Shown one piece after another: positions 25,571 through 38,569 of a DNA stretch of 64,000 nucleotides. Under the pieces are notes generated by a model. The model saw nothing but the letters and a program-made list of their open reading frames with translations. It had not been told where the DNA came from and made no database searches. Each line of letters opens with the position of its first letter. The first letter of the stretch is position 1. Origin of the DNA: Chiloscyllium plagiosum (lineage: Eukaryota); the NCBI RefSeq assembly GCF_004010195.1, contig NC_057718.1, positions 36,579,809 to 36,643,808 of the forward strand, written 5' to 3'. The translations under genes and the position numbers were made by a program.

Positions 25571-27364
25571 ATGTTGATGGATTCATATGGTGAAATGATT
25601 TAAGCAGCATATAATGACATCTTATTTGGTTCCGAAGACAGGAGGGCGATTTGAGTTTTTTTAATAATCCATGCTCAGGGTATGATCTGCTACGTACCAT
25701 TCTTGTCAGTAATGCAAAAAACTGATTAAAATCATAATTCAGGCTTTGTTTCGGATGCATTTGAGAAATTTAGGTCACTCTTTTTAATGCCCATCTCAAC
25801 AGAGATTATTTTAAAATAAAAATTAAGTAAGATAACACATTGGTATTACTTTTGGGAATGTGGGATAAGCACGCATAGTTTCTAACCTGGCAACCCTGTG
25901 CTAGTGAGATGATGAGTGTGGGCAAGTTGCAAGCTTTCAAAAATATTACTCAAAAATCAACCTTTTAGCTAAAAATCTAGTCCAAGAAGCTTAACTTTGA
26001 CATAAGCAGATGACATCCACACAAACAGCACAATGATTACCAATGTCAAAAAAATTCAGTTATTAGATAGGATTAGAAAAATGCAGTCAAGAACTTTATG
26101 AATGTGAACCTCATGAACATGCAAAATAGAAAGAAGTTAATCAAGGTCATCATTTCAAGATAATCAAGGTCATCATTTCAAGTTAAAGCACAACTGCAGA
26201 ATTAACTGAAGTAAAGCATTGTCAGGGACAGGGTAAGAATGCAGTATTTCCTTGCAATGACGTGCCACAAAATGGAAATGTCTTCTGGATAAGTCAGAGG
26301 AAGAAAGTGCTCAATAATCATTTAAGAGGTAGTCAGATGGTGCAATGGGTTATTGTAGTCTTTTTTCAATAGAAGGGAAATAGAAACAGATCAAATGGCC
26401 TTCCCTCTTATCCTTGTACATTTAATGCTGCCCATACTATGTTGTAAGCTTTGAAATCACAAAGGATATTTGGGAAATTGAAATGCAATTATTTTATAGA
26501 AACTAAACTTGAAACACATTAAATTAGCCTCCAAAAATATTGTCAGGAATTGCAATCTATTTATATAGGGCAGTATCCTTTGCATACGGTATCAAGTATA
26601 AATTTACAAGTATATGGGGATGGGAAGACATAAAGGCTCTTATCAAGTTGAAGTCATCATTGGGTGCTCAGCAATTCAAAACATTCCTTTCACTTTCCAA
26701 GTAAAATGTTAGAACCAAGCATGTACGGAGCAAATATTGCACAATCTGAAGAGATCCATATATTGTTTTCAACTAATATTCCTTTTGAGTGAAGCTATCA
26801 TATGTGGAATCATGTAAGGTGTCAAAATGCAAGGAAATGTGTTACGCACAATATAACAAAAAAGTGGTATATCTCATACATAGTGTAAATATGTCTAACT
26901 GCTTACAAAAACAACTGATGGGAAAACAAGTGTGCAGAAGCCTACTCTCAGGACCCTATCTTGACCAACACTTGTTTGTATGCAGTAGAAATCAAATGTT
27001 CATGCACAGAAACAAAAATGGCTGAAATGATCTTGATGGTTTCCTGGAACTACTAGTAAAAGTTGACGTAAAAATCTCCATCTGCCAGTATCACAATAAA
27101 ATCAACAGAAATATTATAGATATAGCATCTAGTTACTGTTCAAATACATAGTTAAAGTTGCAAAAATATCATTAACAAAGTAATCAGATTCTTCTCTAAA
27201 GAGGCCCTGGGTGACTGGCTTTCCTCACCCAACATTTTAAAATTTGGCAGTTCTATAAACATGTTACATTTCACTCCACAATATGCCAGAAATATAAACT
27301 CTTGTATTTCAAAGATTCATTATTAATAAATAAAATTCAACCATTAAATGTTACTCGTGCTTAC

Positions 27365-27493
27365 TTATCTGAACTTTTATGTTTTGATAGTAACTTAGAT
27401 GTTGAATGAGCTTTCAACATTTTGTTACGATGCTCATCAGAACCTTCCCAGCTGCTGCTATGTGACTTTTCAATTGTTGAACCACGTTTTAAA
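27365..27493 (-). CDS. eml4: EML4 exon (human exon 5 equivalent, 129 nt): LKRGSTIEKSHSSSWEGSDEHRNKMLKAHSTSKLLSKHKSSD
   Basis: Matches human IKRPSPAEKSHNSWENSDDSRNKLSKIPSTPKLIPKVTKTAD. Acceptor ctgtttcttacag, donor gtaagc, phase 2-2. Confidence 0.93.
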
Positions 27494-28720
27494 CTGTAAG
27501 AAACAGAAGATTATCAGAATGCATGAAGCAAGCTTACATGATATTTCAAGTAAATGAAACACCAAGAACCAGGTGGGAAACAGTGGAAGCAAATCTTCAA
27601 AGCTAGACAAAGGGAAAAGTTAGATTAATCTAGCATATCATTGTAAGTAAAGCGCCAAAAAGCAGTGCAAGTCACAACAGTAATGTTGCAGGACATATTA
27701 ACCACAGCAAGGAGGAAACTACAATTTTTATTTATTTTATATAATACCAATAGGTGACAAATTTTTAAGCATCATTTTTAAGTGATAGAGATAATTTGTG
27801 TGTGTAAGATTTAGCATCTTCAATTTGAGTGTGCAATATTCTGTTTGTCTACCATGTGGTATTTTGTTAAACACTACGGTAGGTAACACTTCTGAACACT
27901 ACAGTACAAAGCTAATGATGACTGATTCCTATCACTTTAAAATTTAACAGTTTATTTATCAATATAATGAGAAAGGGAAATTCTGAAAAGCTAGAATAAT
28001 TTTAGTACTTCAAATGGAGGAGAATGCAAGAAAAAAATCCAACAGGATTCATACTAAGCTTTTAAAAACTGTTTAAATTAAACTGTAAATCTGATGAATT
28101 TATATTACAACACAAAGAGCAAACAAGTGAGTCATACCTCAAAAATTCTCTTTTTTTTTAAGTAAACTTGTTTATTCTGGATTTTCACCAAAGAGAATGT
28201 GCAAACAAGCATTTGATTGTTTCGAACTAGCATTGTTATAAGGTGTTTTTTTAAAGGTTTATATTTGATTATGCTGTTGAAAATAATTTCTGGATGTGCA
28301 AATTCTCTTTAATCTACAGGTTCTGAAAGCAACTTAGATCAAAAGAGTTTTGGGATTACTTATGTCACTAGTTACACCAAATAAACTAATGAATATATAA
28401 CAAGTCTTGCAAAAAGTACATCTGTTTAAAATTAAAGCTGTCTTTTGCAATTTAATGGCTTTTTGTATTGGATTTATTCAGAGCAAAACATATCACAGTA
28501 GATGAAGTTTATGTACCAAAAAATAATCTTTTTCAAGGAAGAGAGCCATCTAAATTAGGATTTGCCCCTTGATATCAGTTTCATTTCTCTTGTACAATAA
28601 CCTTGATTTGTTTTATTCCTATTTTTAATCTTTTTTCTGTGTTTCTCAGTAATTTCCATATAAAAGATGTCATTAGCTTTCTAATAAAAAAAGGTGAGCA
28701 GCCCCAATTTGTAGAATGAC

Positions 28721-29043
28721 AGGGTGGCACGGAGGCTCAGTGGTCAGCACTGCTGCCTCACAGCGCCACGGACCCAGGTTCAATTCCAGCCTTGGGCGAA
28801 TGTGTGTGTGGAGTTTGCACATTCTCCCCGTGTCCGCACGGATTTCCTCCGGGTACTCCGGTTTCCTCCCACAATCCAAAGATGTGCCAGTCAGGTGAAT
28901 TGGCCATTCTAAACTGCCCATTGTGTAAGGTGCATTAGTTAGAGGGAAATGGATCTGGGTGGGTTACTCTTCGGAGGGTCGGTGTGGACTTGGTGGGCTG
29001 AAGGGCCTGTTTCCACATTGTAGGTAGTCTAATCTAAAAAAAA
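28721..29043 (+). mobile_element. HE1-type SINE, near full length
   Basis: A/B boxes, V-domain-like core gtactccggtttcctcccacaatccaaag, and atcta tail. Confidence 0.9.
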
Positions 29044-32000
29044 ATTATAGGTTCACTGCACTTCCTCTGTTATGGCTTTACTTTGTACTTAACCATTTTA
29101 ATAGCTTATTACTAACATAACTGAACACTGAAGTACAGAAAAAGAAGTTTCATCCCTCCCCATGTAGTTTCTGTTAGGGTAATAATAATACTGTAAAAAT
29201 GTAGAGTCATGCAAAGTTGAAGAGGTTAAAAAATACAAAAGATGCATAATATACATAACCTGGACTATGCTCCACAATTTATAAGCATATATTTCAAAGG
29301 CAAACAAAAAGAGCAGCAAACTACCAGTTTTTAAAATGTAGCAACATGCATTGTCTGTTTTAGAATAGAAGCCCAGCAGAAGTAAATTCAGGATTTCATG
29401 CACACTGTATGCAAACAAGGCCCTGGTAGTGCGTTAACGTCCAACAAGAACTTAAAAGCTGCCAATAGTTTAGATCAACTCTTAACAATTTCACAACCAT
29501 TATTTATTTTATGTCATTAAAAATTAAATCTTAATATGCACTAAAGTAATAGACATCGACAATTACTTGCTAATGAGTACGACTGTCAACCTAAGAAATT
29601 CTATGTCACTGGTCACTAAATTAATATTACTATTTTCATTACAATACTGCAAGGTCACGGCCTTGACATTGAAACAATTTTAAACCTAGCCTTACACAGA
29701 CACTTGACATTTTGGAGTCTTGTAGTTTAAGAATTTTCATTAGTTTGGCAGAGTGTTTTCTTGCAAGAAGGTAGGCACGAACCGTTATTTATATACTGGG
29801 TGACCTAACCAATTTATCTGGGGATGACAACTAATTTTACCTTTACAGTTAATAATTCTCAGCAGCATGCATAAATTCGTGGTGAAAATATTTGAGACAA
29901 ACAAAAACAGAATTCAATATTAAAAGAATTCTGGAAAGTATGATTTTTAAACATTAATTATGCATGGCAATTTACAAACAATATTAGTATAGTATAAATT
30001 TCCTCTCCATGATTTATAGTTAAATTATTGCTGTTAAAATAGCAGATAAAATATAATTCAAAATTTATCTGAGTATAATTTTAAAAAGTGAAGACTTCAC
30101 AAGTTTAATCAATGGTTTCAACTTTATAACTTCATTCATATCTTACCTAGACTCAGTCATACAGCACGGAACCTTTGATATTTATTAAATTAACCTAGTT
30201 TTCAAATACAGTGTAATGGAGACTAATTTACTTTCACCATTACAGTTTAACTATCAGATTTTTGCAACCAAATAACATTTGTAATTCAAAATTACAGAGC
30301 ACACATTTCTTCAAACCGAAGAATAGTTGTTGAAGATATATTGTTAAGAGATGATCAAGACCAGACAAAATTCAGTTCTTAGAAGTTTGGTACAGTAAAG
30401 AATTTAAGAACGTAGGGTTGTAACGATAATCAGGCACAATAAATGTGTTACATTAAATAACCATTCAACAAAAGAACGCTAATTTTATATCCACTGTCAA
30501 CCAGGATAGAGATTAAGCCCTAGCCTTATATGTTGATGTAAATATGCATTATTAAGAGATTCTCAGCTCTTTGTTCTCAAACACATAGTACCGCCTATAT
30601 CGATGGTCAACCAGGAAAACAAGGTTCAACTCACTCAGCTTTAAAGTTGACAGATGAAGCTAATATTGTTTTTCTTCTCCCTTTAATTAAATTCCCAACT
30701 TTGGACATTGTAAATCTATGTTTTGTTAAAAATGTAACTGTGAATATAAATTTGAATGCACCTGTTTTATTAGTGAATTAATTTGAAAATAGGAAAAACC
30801 TCCTGCATAAGTCATCTTGATTAATATTCTTTTCTTAGTTTCTGTAACTTGCCAAATCATTGCTGAGAAAACAAGTCTTACCCCTGGAGCTTTGATCAAG
30901 CTACTCCAGAGCTACTCTAAGGAAGACCTTGAATGCTACATGTGATGGCCTTCCCAGCATTCCATCATAGATGGCAAAGCTGAATTCATAAAGTCAGCAT
31001 AGAGAGTTTAGGCATCGCCCCATGTTTTATCACTGTTAGACACAGTTTGTTATTCTGAATTTTTCCGCAAAACCCTGATCTCTCTCTGAATCCCACTCAG
31101 TGTTGTGGAATTTCAAATCGCTCCATTTTCCAAAAGCTGAAATTCTCAAATCTATTAATCCAAACACCAAATTTAAAGGTTCTCCATGATTTGATGAGAA
31201 AGCAGTCACCATCAAGCAAAAATGTGCAGATGGCCTGTAATTCTTTTAAGATTGAGGCTTTCGATCCTTATGTGAAATATTAAGATGCAATAGAATTACT
31301 TTTAAATTTAAATGAGTAGGAACTAAGCCAGCAATATCTTCCTTACTTTTTTCCTCATTTAATTATGATGTGTACTTTTCAGACACACCTTGTACCTCAT
31401 CAGGGTTTTCTCGTTTGTGACCAAAAGCTTAGTTTAGGTTCCAGTCAGATTCCACTGCATGAACATGCATAGTTCTAACCTGGTGAGAATTGTATCAAAT
31501 ACTGCCTGAGCCATATCTTGTGCAGATGCCTGCACGCAGTAGAGCTTTCGCCAGACATTTGAGAACTCTAACACATAGAATGCGGTGAGAGGTGCAGGGA
31601 AATCCACTTGCTCCTAATATTTCAACCACTGTGAGTGAGTTTACAAGTGCCAACTGAATCCAACCTTTTCCATCCAACTGAATTCATATTCAATATAATG
31701 TCAAGTGGAAAGAGTGCAAAATAACTCCATACTTAAGATTAGCAATCAAATTTTTGCCAGCTTCGGTTGGGTTCCTAAATTGGGTTCCTAAATTCATGCT
31801 CCTAGTTTAGAGCAAGTAAAAGTAATAGCCTTCAAATTCTATTACCCATAATATATAACAGAAGGAGTGAAAAATTAAAACCCTGCTGAGTTAACAGGGT
31901 TCGAACCATAATAACAAAAAGCTGAGGAAAGTAACGCAATGAATACTGCAACCTCATCTCTGTGCAAAGGCCTTTCTTAAACATTAAAATGGATTTTCTT

Positions 32001-32109
32001 TAATACAATTTAGTGAAGTTGAACTTCTGTAAGATTTTATTCTACTAATAATGTGGATGCTAATATCGTTACAACCCTAATGCACTTTGTATTACTGTAT
32101 CCTGAAAAC

Positions 32110-32250
32110 CTTTTTGCTGAAGCAGGGTTCTTGTTCTCTTGAGTGTGCCTTTGCGATTGGGGAGATTGTGAGGATTGAGAAGTTTGATGATTAGATTGAG
32201 TTTCGTCATCAGTCTCTTTATCCTGGTGTTTTTCATTTTTCTCCGGATTG
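32110..32250 (-). CDS. eml4: EML4 exon (human exon 4 equivalent, 141 nt): NPEKNEKHQDKETDDETQSNHQTSQSSQSPQSQRHTQENKNPASAK
   Basis: Lies inside ORF 32037..32348. Its end resembles human HRQTPESKNATPTKS. Acceptor gcatttttccag; the donor AG|gttttc is weak but gives the required phase 2. Confidence 0.8.
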
Positions 32251-33411
32251 CTGGAAAAATGCATCAGATGACAAAAGTACGAAGAAAAATCATATTGATT
32301 GGTCAGCATAAAAGCAAAATTATTTAAACATGTTATTGCAGGATGCAAGGAAGTCAGATGAATATTTTACTTCAATTTTTAAAAAATACCTTCTTCAGAT
32401 GAATGATTATTTGATGAAAATGAAATAATAGCAAGAAATGCAAAATAATATCTTGGCAAGCACCAAATCGCAAATTTTCTGACTTTCAATTTTTTATTCT
32501 TAAAAACAGAAGATAGCCATACGGTAGATTTTTATGTTTTGCATTATACATTGCCCAGCTAGAAGAAATTGAACACTTAATATATTAAAAGAAAACAAGT
32601 CTTGAAGATAAACTTGTTTTTCATTTTCTAGCTAACATTGCATGAAATTCAAATATTCAGCTTCCTGCTGAGAAACTGTTTTTAATAAAATGACAAGGGA
32701 AGGATGTGGGAGTTCCAACAAAGCTGGAACTTAAAAGAAAACTTCAAAGCTTCAGCTGTTTTGGTCACCATTTTGATCCAAAATATTGGCCAGTGGGCTG
32801 GGAATACTTGGGGAAAGGGGAGGTAATGGGGAATTTGAAATTACACTCCAGGGAGATACATTCTGGGCCAGAAGAAATAAGCATGCCAAAACAGGAGCTT
32901 CAAAGCAAGAGTTTTAAGTTTTATAAACCTGAAATGAATCTTTTTGTCAGCGCACAGGAGATTAAAAACTAAAATGTCACCAACATCGGGATGCATCAAG
33001 GTTCAAGTTGATTAGACACCGACAAAAAAAGTGCCAGAGCAACCCAATGTTGCATTTTTATTCCTGAAATATAATTCAAATTGATTTATTCTTACAATAA
33101 ATTTTCTGGACAATAATGTATTTCCAAACTTAACCCTCACTTGATTTTTTGTTTTATCTCATCTACCAATTTATCCATGTGCCTGGCCAAGGTTATAAAT
33201 TAGTTTGATTTTCAGTTTGCTTTATAAAATGAATGCTTCGTAAAACATTCAGAATACAGAAACAGTTCTTCAATACCTCTTAGTTGAAAAATTTGGGTTG
33301 CCAGTTAGTTTCTGATCTCACCCATCTCAAGGTCCTGACTGTTTCGTGGATTTGTGACATAATGGAATGAGCAAATCAAAGCATTAGTTATTCTGAGCAG
33401 CATTTTTAAAT

Positions 33412-33618
33412 CAAAGAGTGCGGTGCTGGAAAAGTACAGCCGGTCAGACAGCATCTGAGGAGGAGGAGAATCAACATTTCGAGCATAAGCTCCTCATGAA
33501 AGGCTTATGCTTGAAACATCGATTCTCCTGCTCCTCAGATGCTGCCTGACCGGCTGTGTTTTTCCAGCATCATGCTATTCGACTCTGATCTTCAGCATCT
33601 GCAGTGCTCACTTTGTCC
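33412..33618. mobile_element. Palindromic Penelope-like mini-element
   Basis: Inverted arms of about 80 bp; 14-bp TSD cagcatttttaaat at 33398-33411 and 33619-33632. Confidence 0.85.
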
Positions 33619-34221
33619 CAGCATTTTTAAATGACCTAGTCGCAATACAGCAGCGCTAGAGGCAGTCTGAGGAAAGTACATCCTCAGTCAGGATGCACAG
33701 TATGGAGAGATTCTTTGAAGGGAAAAATAAATTCCTAAACAAAATTTCTAACTTTCAGCATATTACATGTAAATTTATTGTCAGTTCTAAAAGTAACACA
33801 TATGCACTGGTCTGCGACAATGTAATTATGGTTTATAAAACCTGTTAGACTAGTCATTTTAACACTGTTGCCAAAGTATCACTTTTCAACCTAAACAGAA
33901 TTCAACAGTTAACTTATCAGGCTTCATATTATTAAAGCTCTAGGCAAGAGTTAAAAAATTTATAGTAAATCATAATGCTGTTTTTCCCCTTTAAAAAGGT
34001 AGCAATTCAAACTGCAGATTATATTCTGTACTCAGATTTAAGTAAATTCTTTTAAAACTTAGAAATCTAAACTAATCAATGATGCAGACACAATTCTATT
34101 TCATTATTTCAGTTTTTACCTTTTTATTTATTTATAACCCATTACTACTCGACAGTTCATCCATTATAGAATTACGCAAGCCAACTTTGCCCAAATGAAT
34201 AGGATATAAAAGGCAACTTAC

Positions 34222-34245
34222 TTTTTTTGTTCTTTCAGACCATAA
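34222..34245 (-). CDS. eml4: Putative EML4 24-nt microexon: (S)YGLKEQK(N)
   Basis: Strong acceptor cttttcttttattcacag and consensus donor gtaagt only 24 nt apart. Symmetric phase 2-2, no stop, in frame with both neighbours. Confidence 0.7.
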
Positions 34246-34929
34246 CTGTGAATAAAAGAAAAGTAATGCTGTGATTGTAAAATTATATGTGCATATGCAC
34301 AATGTCATGCAATTAGAAGCTTCTAAAAAATTCTGGAAATAAATAATTGGAATTTGGTGTTTTAAAACAATTAGGTATTTTTTTGCTTAAGAGATCAAAA
34401 CGTATAGAACTTTCTCAAAAGTTGAAGTTATGCAAAATCAATGTACAGTCATGTTCTAAGTTGTAAAACCAATGTAAAAGGACGCTATACACTTTAAAAT
34501 AATCTAAAAACCTTTTACACGTTCAGACACTTTTGATGAAAGCATGCAAAATGAAAATTTGAGCAAATGGATGAAAGGGAGTTTAAGAATGTCAATCAAA
34601 AGAATTTTTTTTTCATTTTATTTCATCTACCAATTTATCCATGTGCTTGCGCCAAGGTTACAAATTAGTTTGATTTTCAATGAACATCTTAAGAAAGCAA
34701 ACATTTGTTTCCCAAGAGTCTCCGATGAATAGTGTTTGTTTTGGTTTTTGTTCATTGAAGTTAAATAAACCACCAAATGCTGAAAATCCTGCAAAATAAA
34801 CAACATGTTGGGAACTTTACATTAAACATGGCAATGTGATTCGTATCATTAACAAATGGAGGGAATTTGGTTGAATTCAACATTCCAACGGGATTCCTTT
34901 AGGATTATTTTTAAAGCTTTTTTTAAAGT

Positions 34930-35830
34930 CCCACCCTACCCATCCTCTCCCTATAACTCAAACCCTCCAGTCCCAGCAACATACTGGTAAGTACTTTATA
35001 AATCCTCTCCATTAAATAATATCCTTCCTATAGTAGGGTGACCAGAAATGTACACAGTACTCCAGAAGAGGCCTCGCCACTGACCTGCAAAACCTCAATG
35101 TGACACCCCAACTCCTGCACTTAACTGTCTGAGCAATGAAGGCAAGCGTGCTAATTGCCTTTTTAACCACCCTGTCAACCTGCTACACAACTTTCAAAAA
35201 ACTAGGTACCTGAACCCTTAGGTGTATCTGTTGAGCAACACTCCCCATTTCTTATGAAGGGCTTTTGCCCGAAATGTCGATTTTCCGGCTCCTCGGATGC
35301 TGCCTAATCTGCTGTGCTTTTCCAGCACCACTCTGATCTAAACTCTGGTTTCCAGCACCTACAGTCCCCACCTTTGCCTAACACTCCCCAGAGTCCTACT
35401 ATTAACTATAAAAGTTCTACCTTTGTTCACTTTAGCAAAATGCAATACCTCGCATTTATCCAAATTAACTCCATCTGTCACTCCTCAGTCCACTAGCTCA
35501 TCTGATCAAGATCCCTTTGTAATCTTAGATGACCTTCTTTGCTATCAACAAGAACATTAGTTTTGGTGTCATCTGCAAACATAGTAACCATGCCTGCTAA
35601 ATTCTCATCAAAATAATTTATATAAAATGACAATGAACCCAGAGCCATTCCCTGCAGAACACCATAGGACTCCAGTCAGAAGAACAAGCCCCCACCACCA
35701 AGTTCCATTTCCTATTGGCAAGTCAATTTTGTTTCCCATTGACAAGCTCTCCCTGAATCCCATGTGATCTAACTTTACTAATCAGTCTACCATATGGAAC
35801 CTTTGTCAAAGGCTTTACTAAAGTCCAGTA
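34930..35830 (-). mobile_element. Decayed CR1 RT fragment with a Penelope tail nested at 35248-35379
   Basis: ttttggtgtcatctgcaaac encodes FADDTK on the minus strand; the nested insert has the 11-bp TSD aacactcccca. Confidence 0.8.
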
Positions 35831-36049
35831 TTACCAATGGATTTCTAATTCCTGAAATGTAACAGTGATACAGGGTATTAAATTTTCATTGAGGGCTGCG
35901 GATTTCAAATTTTGTCTGTGCATGTGGAAATTGTAATTCACAGGACTTTCTGCTGGGATTGCTTCTAGCTTTTTCAAATCCATGTGAAAAGGAAACGATT
36001 GAGAAGCACACATTATGAGGATAAGAGGTACAGTAATTTGAAGTTTTTC

Positions 36050-37570
36050 AGTTTACATTGAAAATGAGGTGTCAAATCAGTTTGCAAAGATTCTGGCAGT
36101 CCAACATGGGAAAACTTGAAATTTTCCATTTTGAGAGAAAGCATATAGAAGAACCACAATCTGAATGATGAGAAATGGCAAGTGTGGTGAAAGGGTTAAA
36201 ATTATGTCCCAATACATGTGTGAATCTTATTATGAATATGTTACCGGAATGGAAGGTGTTGCTTAGTCTTGCCCTGTTGTTCGCATGAATATGTTACCGG
36301 AATGGAAGGTGTTGCTTATGGTGTTTATGCTACCAGCCTTGATAAGGAACAGACACTGTCAAACAGGATGTTGCAAGCTTAATTGGTTCCAGCTGAAACT
36401 CGTAAAGAGTCTTGCCCTGTTGTTCGCATGAATGTCTAGATCTCGAAAGAGTATATAAGCTGGGAAAGTCCCCAGTTCGGTAGAGTCTGCTCCGGGTTAC
36501 GTTTAACCGCCGAGCGTGGGTTGTTGGCAACCGCTCTACGAGAACTGACGGCTCCCAGTTCCGGTAACATGTAGAGTGAGTATAAACCAGACCCGTTGTA
36601 AGTACGAGACCTGGTTGAGGCGACATTGCGGGGAATAAAATACTCATATTCTAGCAAACTCGTCTCTCAGTTCTTTTCTCCTGGTCTGTGTCAGACTACT
36701 CTCCTGCGAACCCGATCCTTGAGAATTTATAAAACAGCAAGGAATCCAGGTGTTCCAGTACATGAATTGCAATAGGCTTATGTGTAAGTACCACAAATAA
36801 TTAGGAAAGCTATTACTGTTTTTATAATTGACTGGAAGAGGGGCTTAGCAGGAAAGACAGTGGGAACAGCAATGGCAGGAGTTTCTGGGAGTAAATCAGG
36901 AGACACAGCAGAGGCTCATCCTCAGAAAAAAAGTAGTTCACAGGAATGGTCCCAGGAATGAAAAGCTTAACATATGAGGAACATTTGAGGGCCTGGGTTT
37001 ATAATTAATGGAGTTTAGAAGTATGAGGGGGGGTATCTAATTGGAACATTAGATCAGAATTAGATTAGAACACAAATCAGAAACGTAATGGATACTCTTT
37101 ACTTCAGCTTCAACCACACTTCGGAAGCTTGTCACAATCCAGGTCAAAGCAGCCTGCTTGATCATCAATCCATCCATTACCTTTAGCATTAACTCCCTTC
37201 ACCACCAACACATACTGGCAGCAGGGAGACAATCCTGAATGATCTGGACAAAATAGATGTTGGGAAGATGTTTCCATTAATAGGAGAGACTAGGTCCTGA
37301 GGGCACAAACTCATAATAAAGAGAAGACCTTTTGAAACAGAGACAAGGAGAAACTTGTACAGTCAGAGAGTGGTGCACCTATGGAATCCATTGCCACAGA
37401 AGGCTGTGGAGGCCAGGTCGCTGAACATATTTAAGACTGAGATAAAGTATCAAGGGGATCAAGGGTTTCAAGAGAAAACGGGAGAATGGGAATGAGAAAC
37501 TTATCAGCCATGATTGAATGGCAGAGTAGACTCAAGGGCTGAACAACCTAATTTCTGCTCCTATGGTTTT
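36050..37570 (+). mobile_element. Decayed CR1 3' portion, interrupted by later insertions
   Basis: CR1 ORF2 C-terminal and 3' UTR motifs (gagtggtgcacctatggaatccattgcc, cagccatgattgaatggc). Confidence 0.7.
36188..36736 (+). mobile_element. Young solo-LTR-like element (ERV/LTR retrotransposon)
   Basis: TG...CA ends, U3-like direct repeats, TATA box (gagtatataagc at about 36450), AATAAA at about 36634, CpG-rich against a CpG-depleted background. No clear TSD. Confidence 0.65.
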
Positions 37571-37929
37571 GTGTTGGGGAATTAGGCCAGGGTGTCTGTA
37601 CTGGTGATGTTGAAATGGGTGCAGGCAAATTGTGGAGTCATCAAACCAGACATTCACAATTCAATAGGTAAACAGGATCTAAGAAACAAGTGGCCTATCC
37701 CTAATTCATATGTTACAGTGCTTGGTCAATTGGATGCTAACAGGTCCATTTCACACCATGTTCGATGGCCATTGCTGGTACTGCTGAAGGTGCAGGAGAA
37801 AGCAGAACCATTGAGCCCCAAGATCAGGTAAATCTAAGATGTCAACAAAACTGGGTTGGCTAGTTCTGGTGAGGGGTGACAAGGAATATGTTCTATTGAA
37901 CAGGCTGGATTATCACCTCAACATCAGTA

Positions 37930-38516
37930 TAGGAATTCTGCAGAGTCCTCGGCCTCATCATTTTCAACTGATTTATCAATGCCTTTCCCTCCATTAAAGG
38001 TCAAAAGTGGGGAGGTTCACTGAAGATTACATGATGTTCAGCAGCATTTACAACATCTCCGATAATAAAGCCATCCACATACTACAAAATCTAGACAACA
38101 TTCAAGCTTAGACTAATAATTTACAAACAATTTTCACACCACACAAGTACTAGACATTGTGCATCTCCAACATGACAATTTTTACATTTAATTGCATCAC
38201 CATCACGGAATCCTCCATCTTGGGGGTTACCATTCACAACAAACTGAACTAGACCAGCATATAAATACTGTGGCAATAGGAATAAATCAGAGGCTAGAAT
38301 TCATTGTCGAGTAACTCATCTTCCAATCCTTAATGCCTGTTCATTATCCACAAGGCACAAATCAGAAGCGTAATGGATACTCTTCACTTCAGCTTCAACC
38401 ACACTTTAAAGCTTGTCACAATCCAGGTCAAAGCAGCCTGCTTGATCATCAATCCATCCATTACCTTTAGCATTAACTCCCTTCACCACCAACACATACT
38501 GGCAGCAGGGAGACAA
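37930..38516 (+). mobile_element. Decayed LINE RT fragment, same family as 1750-2700
   Basis: ggggttaccattcacaacaaactgaactagaccagcatataaatactgtggc and adjoining RT-region similarity. Confidence 0.65.
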
Positions 38517-38569
38517 GAGATTATCTTATGAAGTGATTGGCATATCAAAGATTGAATCTCAACTTCATC

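Noticed and set aside
26138..26182. Short tandem duplications (also 31768-31793)
   Set aside because: Two-copy slippage duplications with no spacer structure; not an array.
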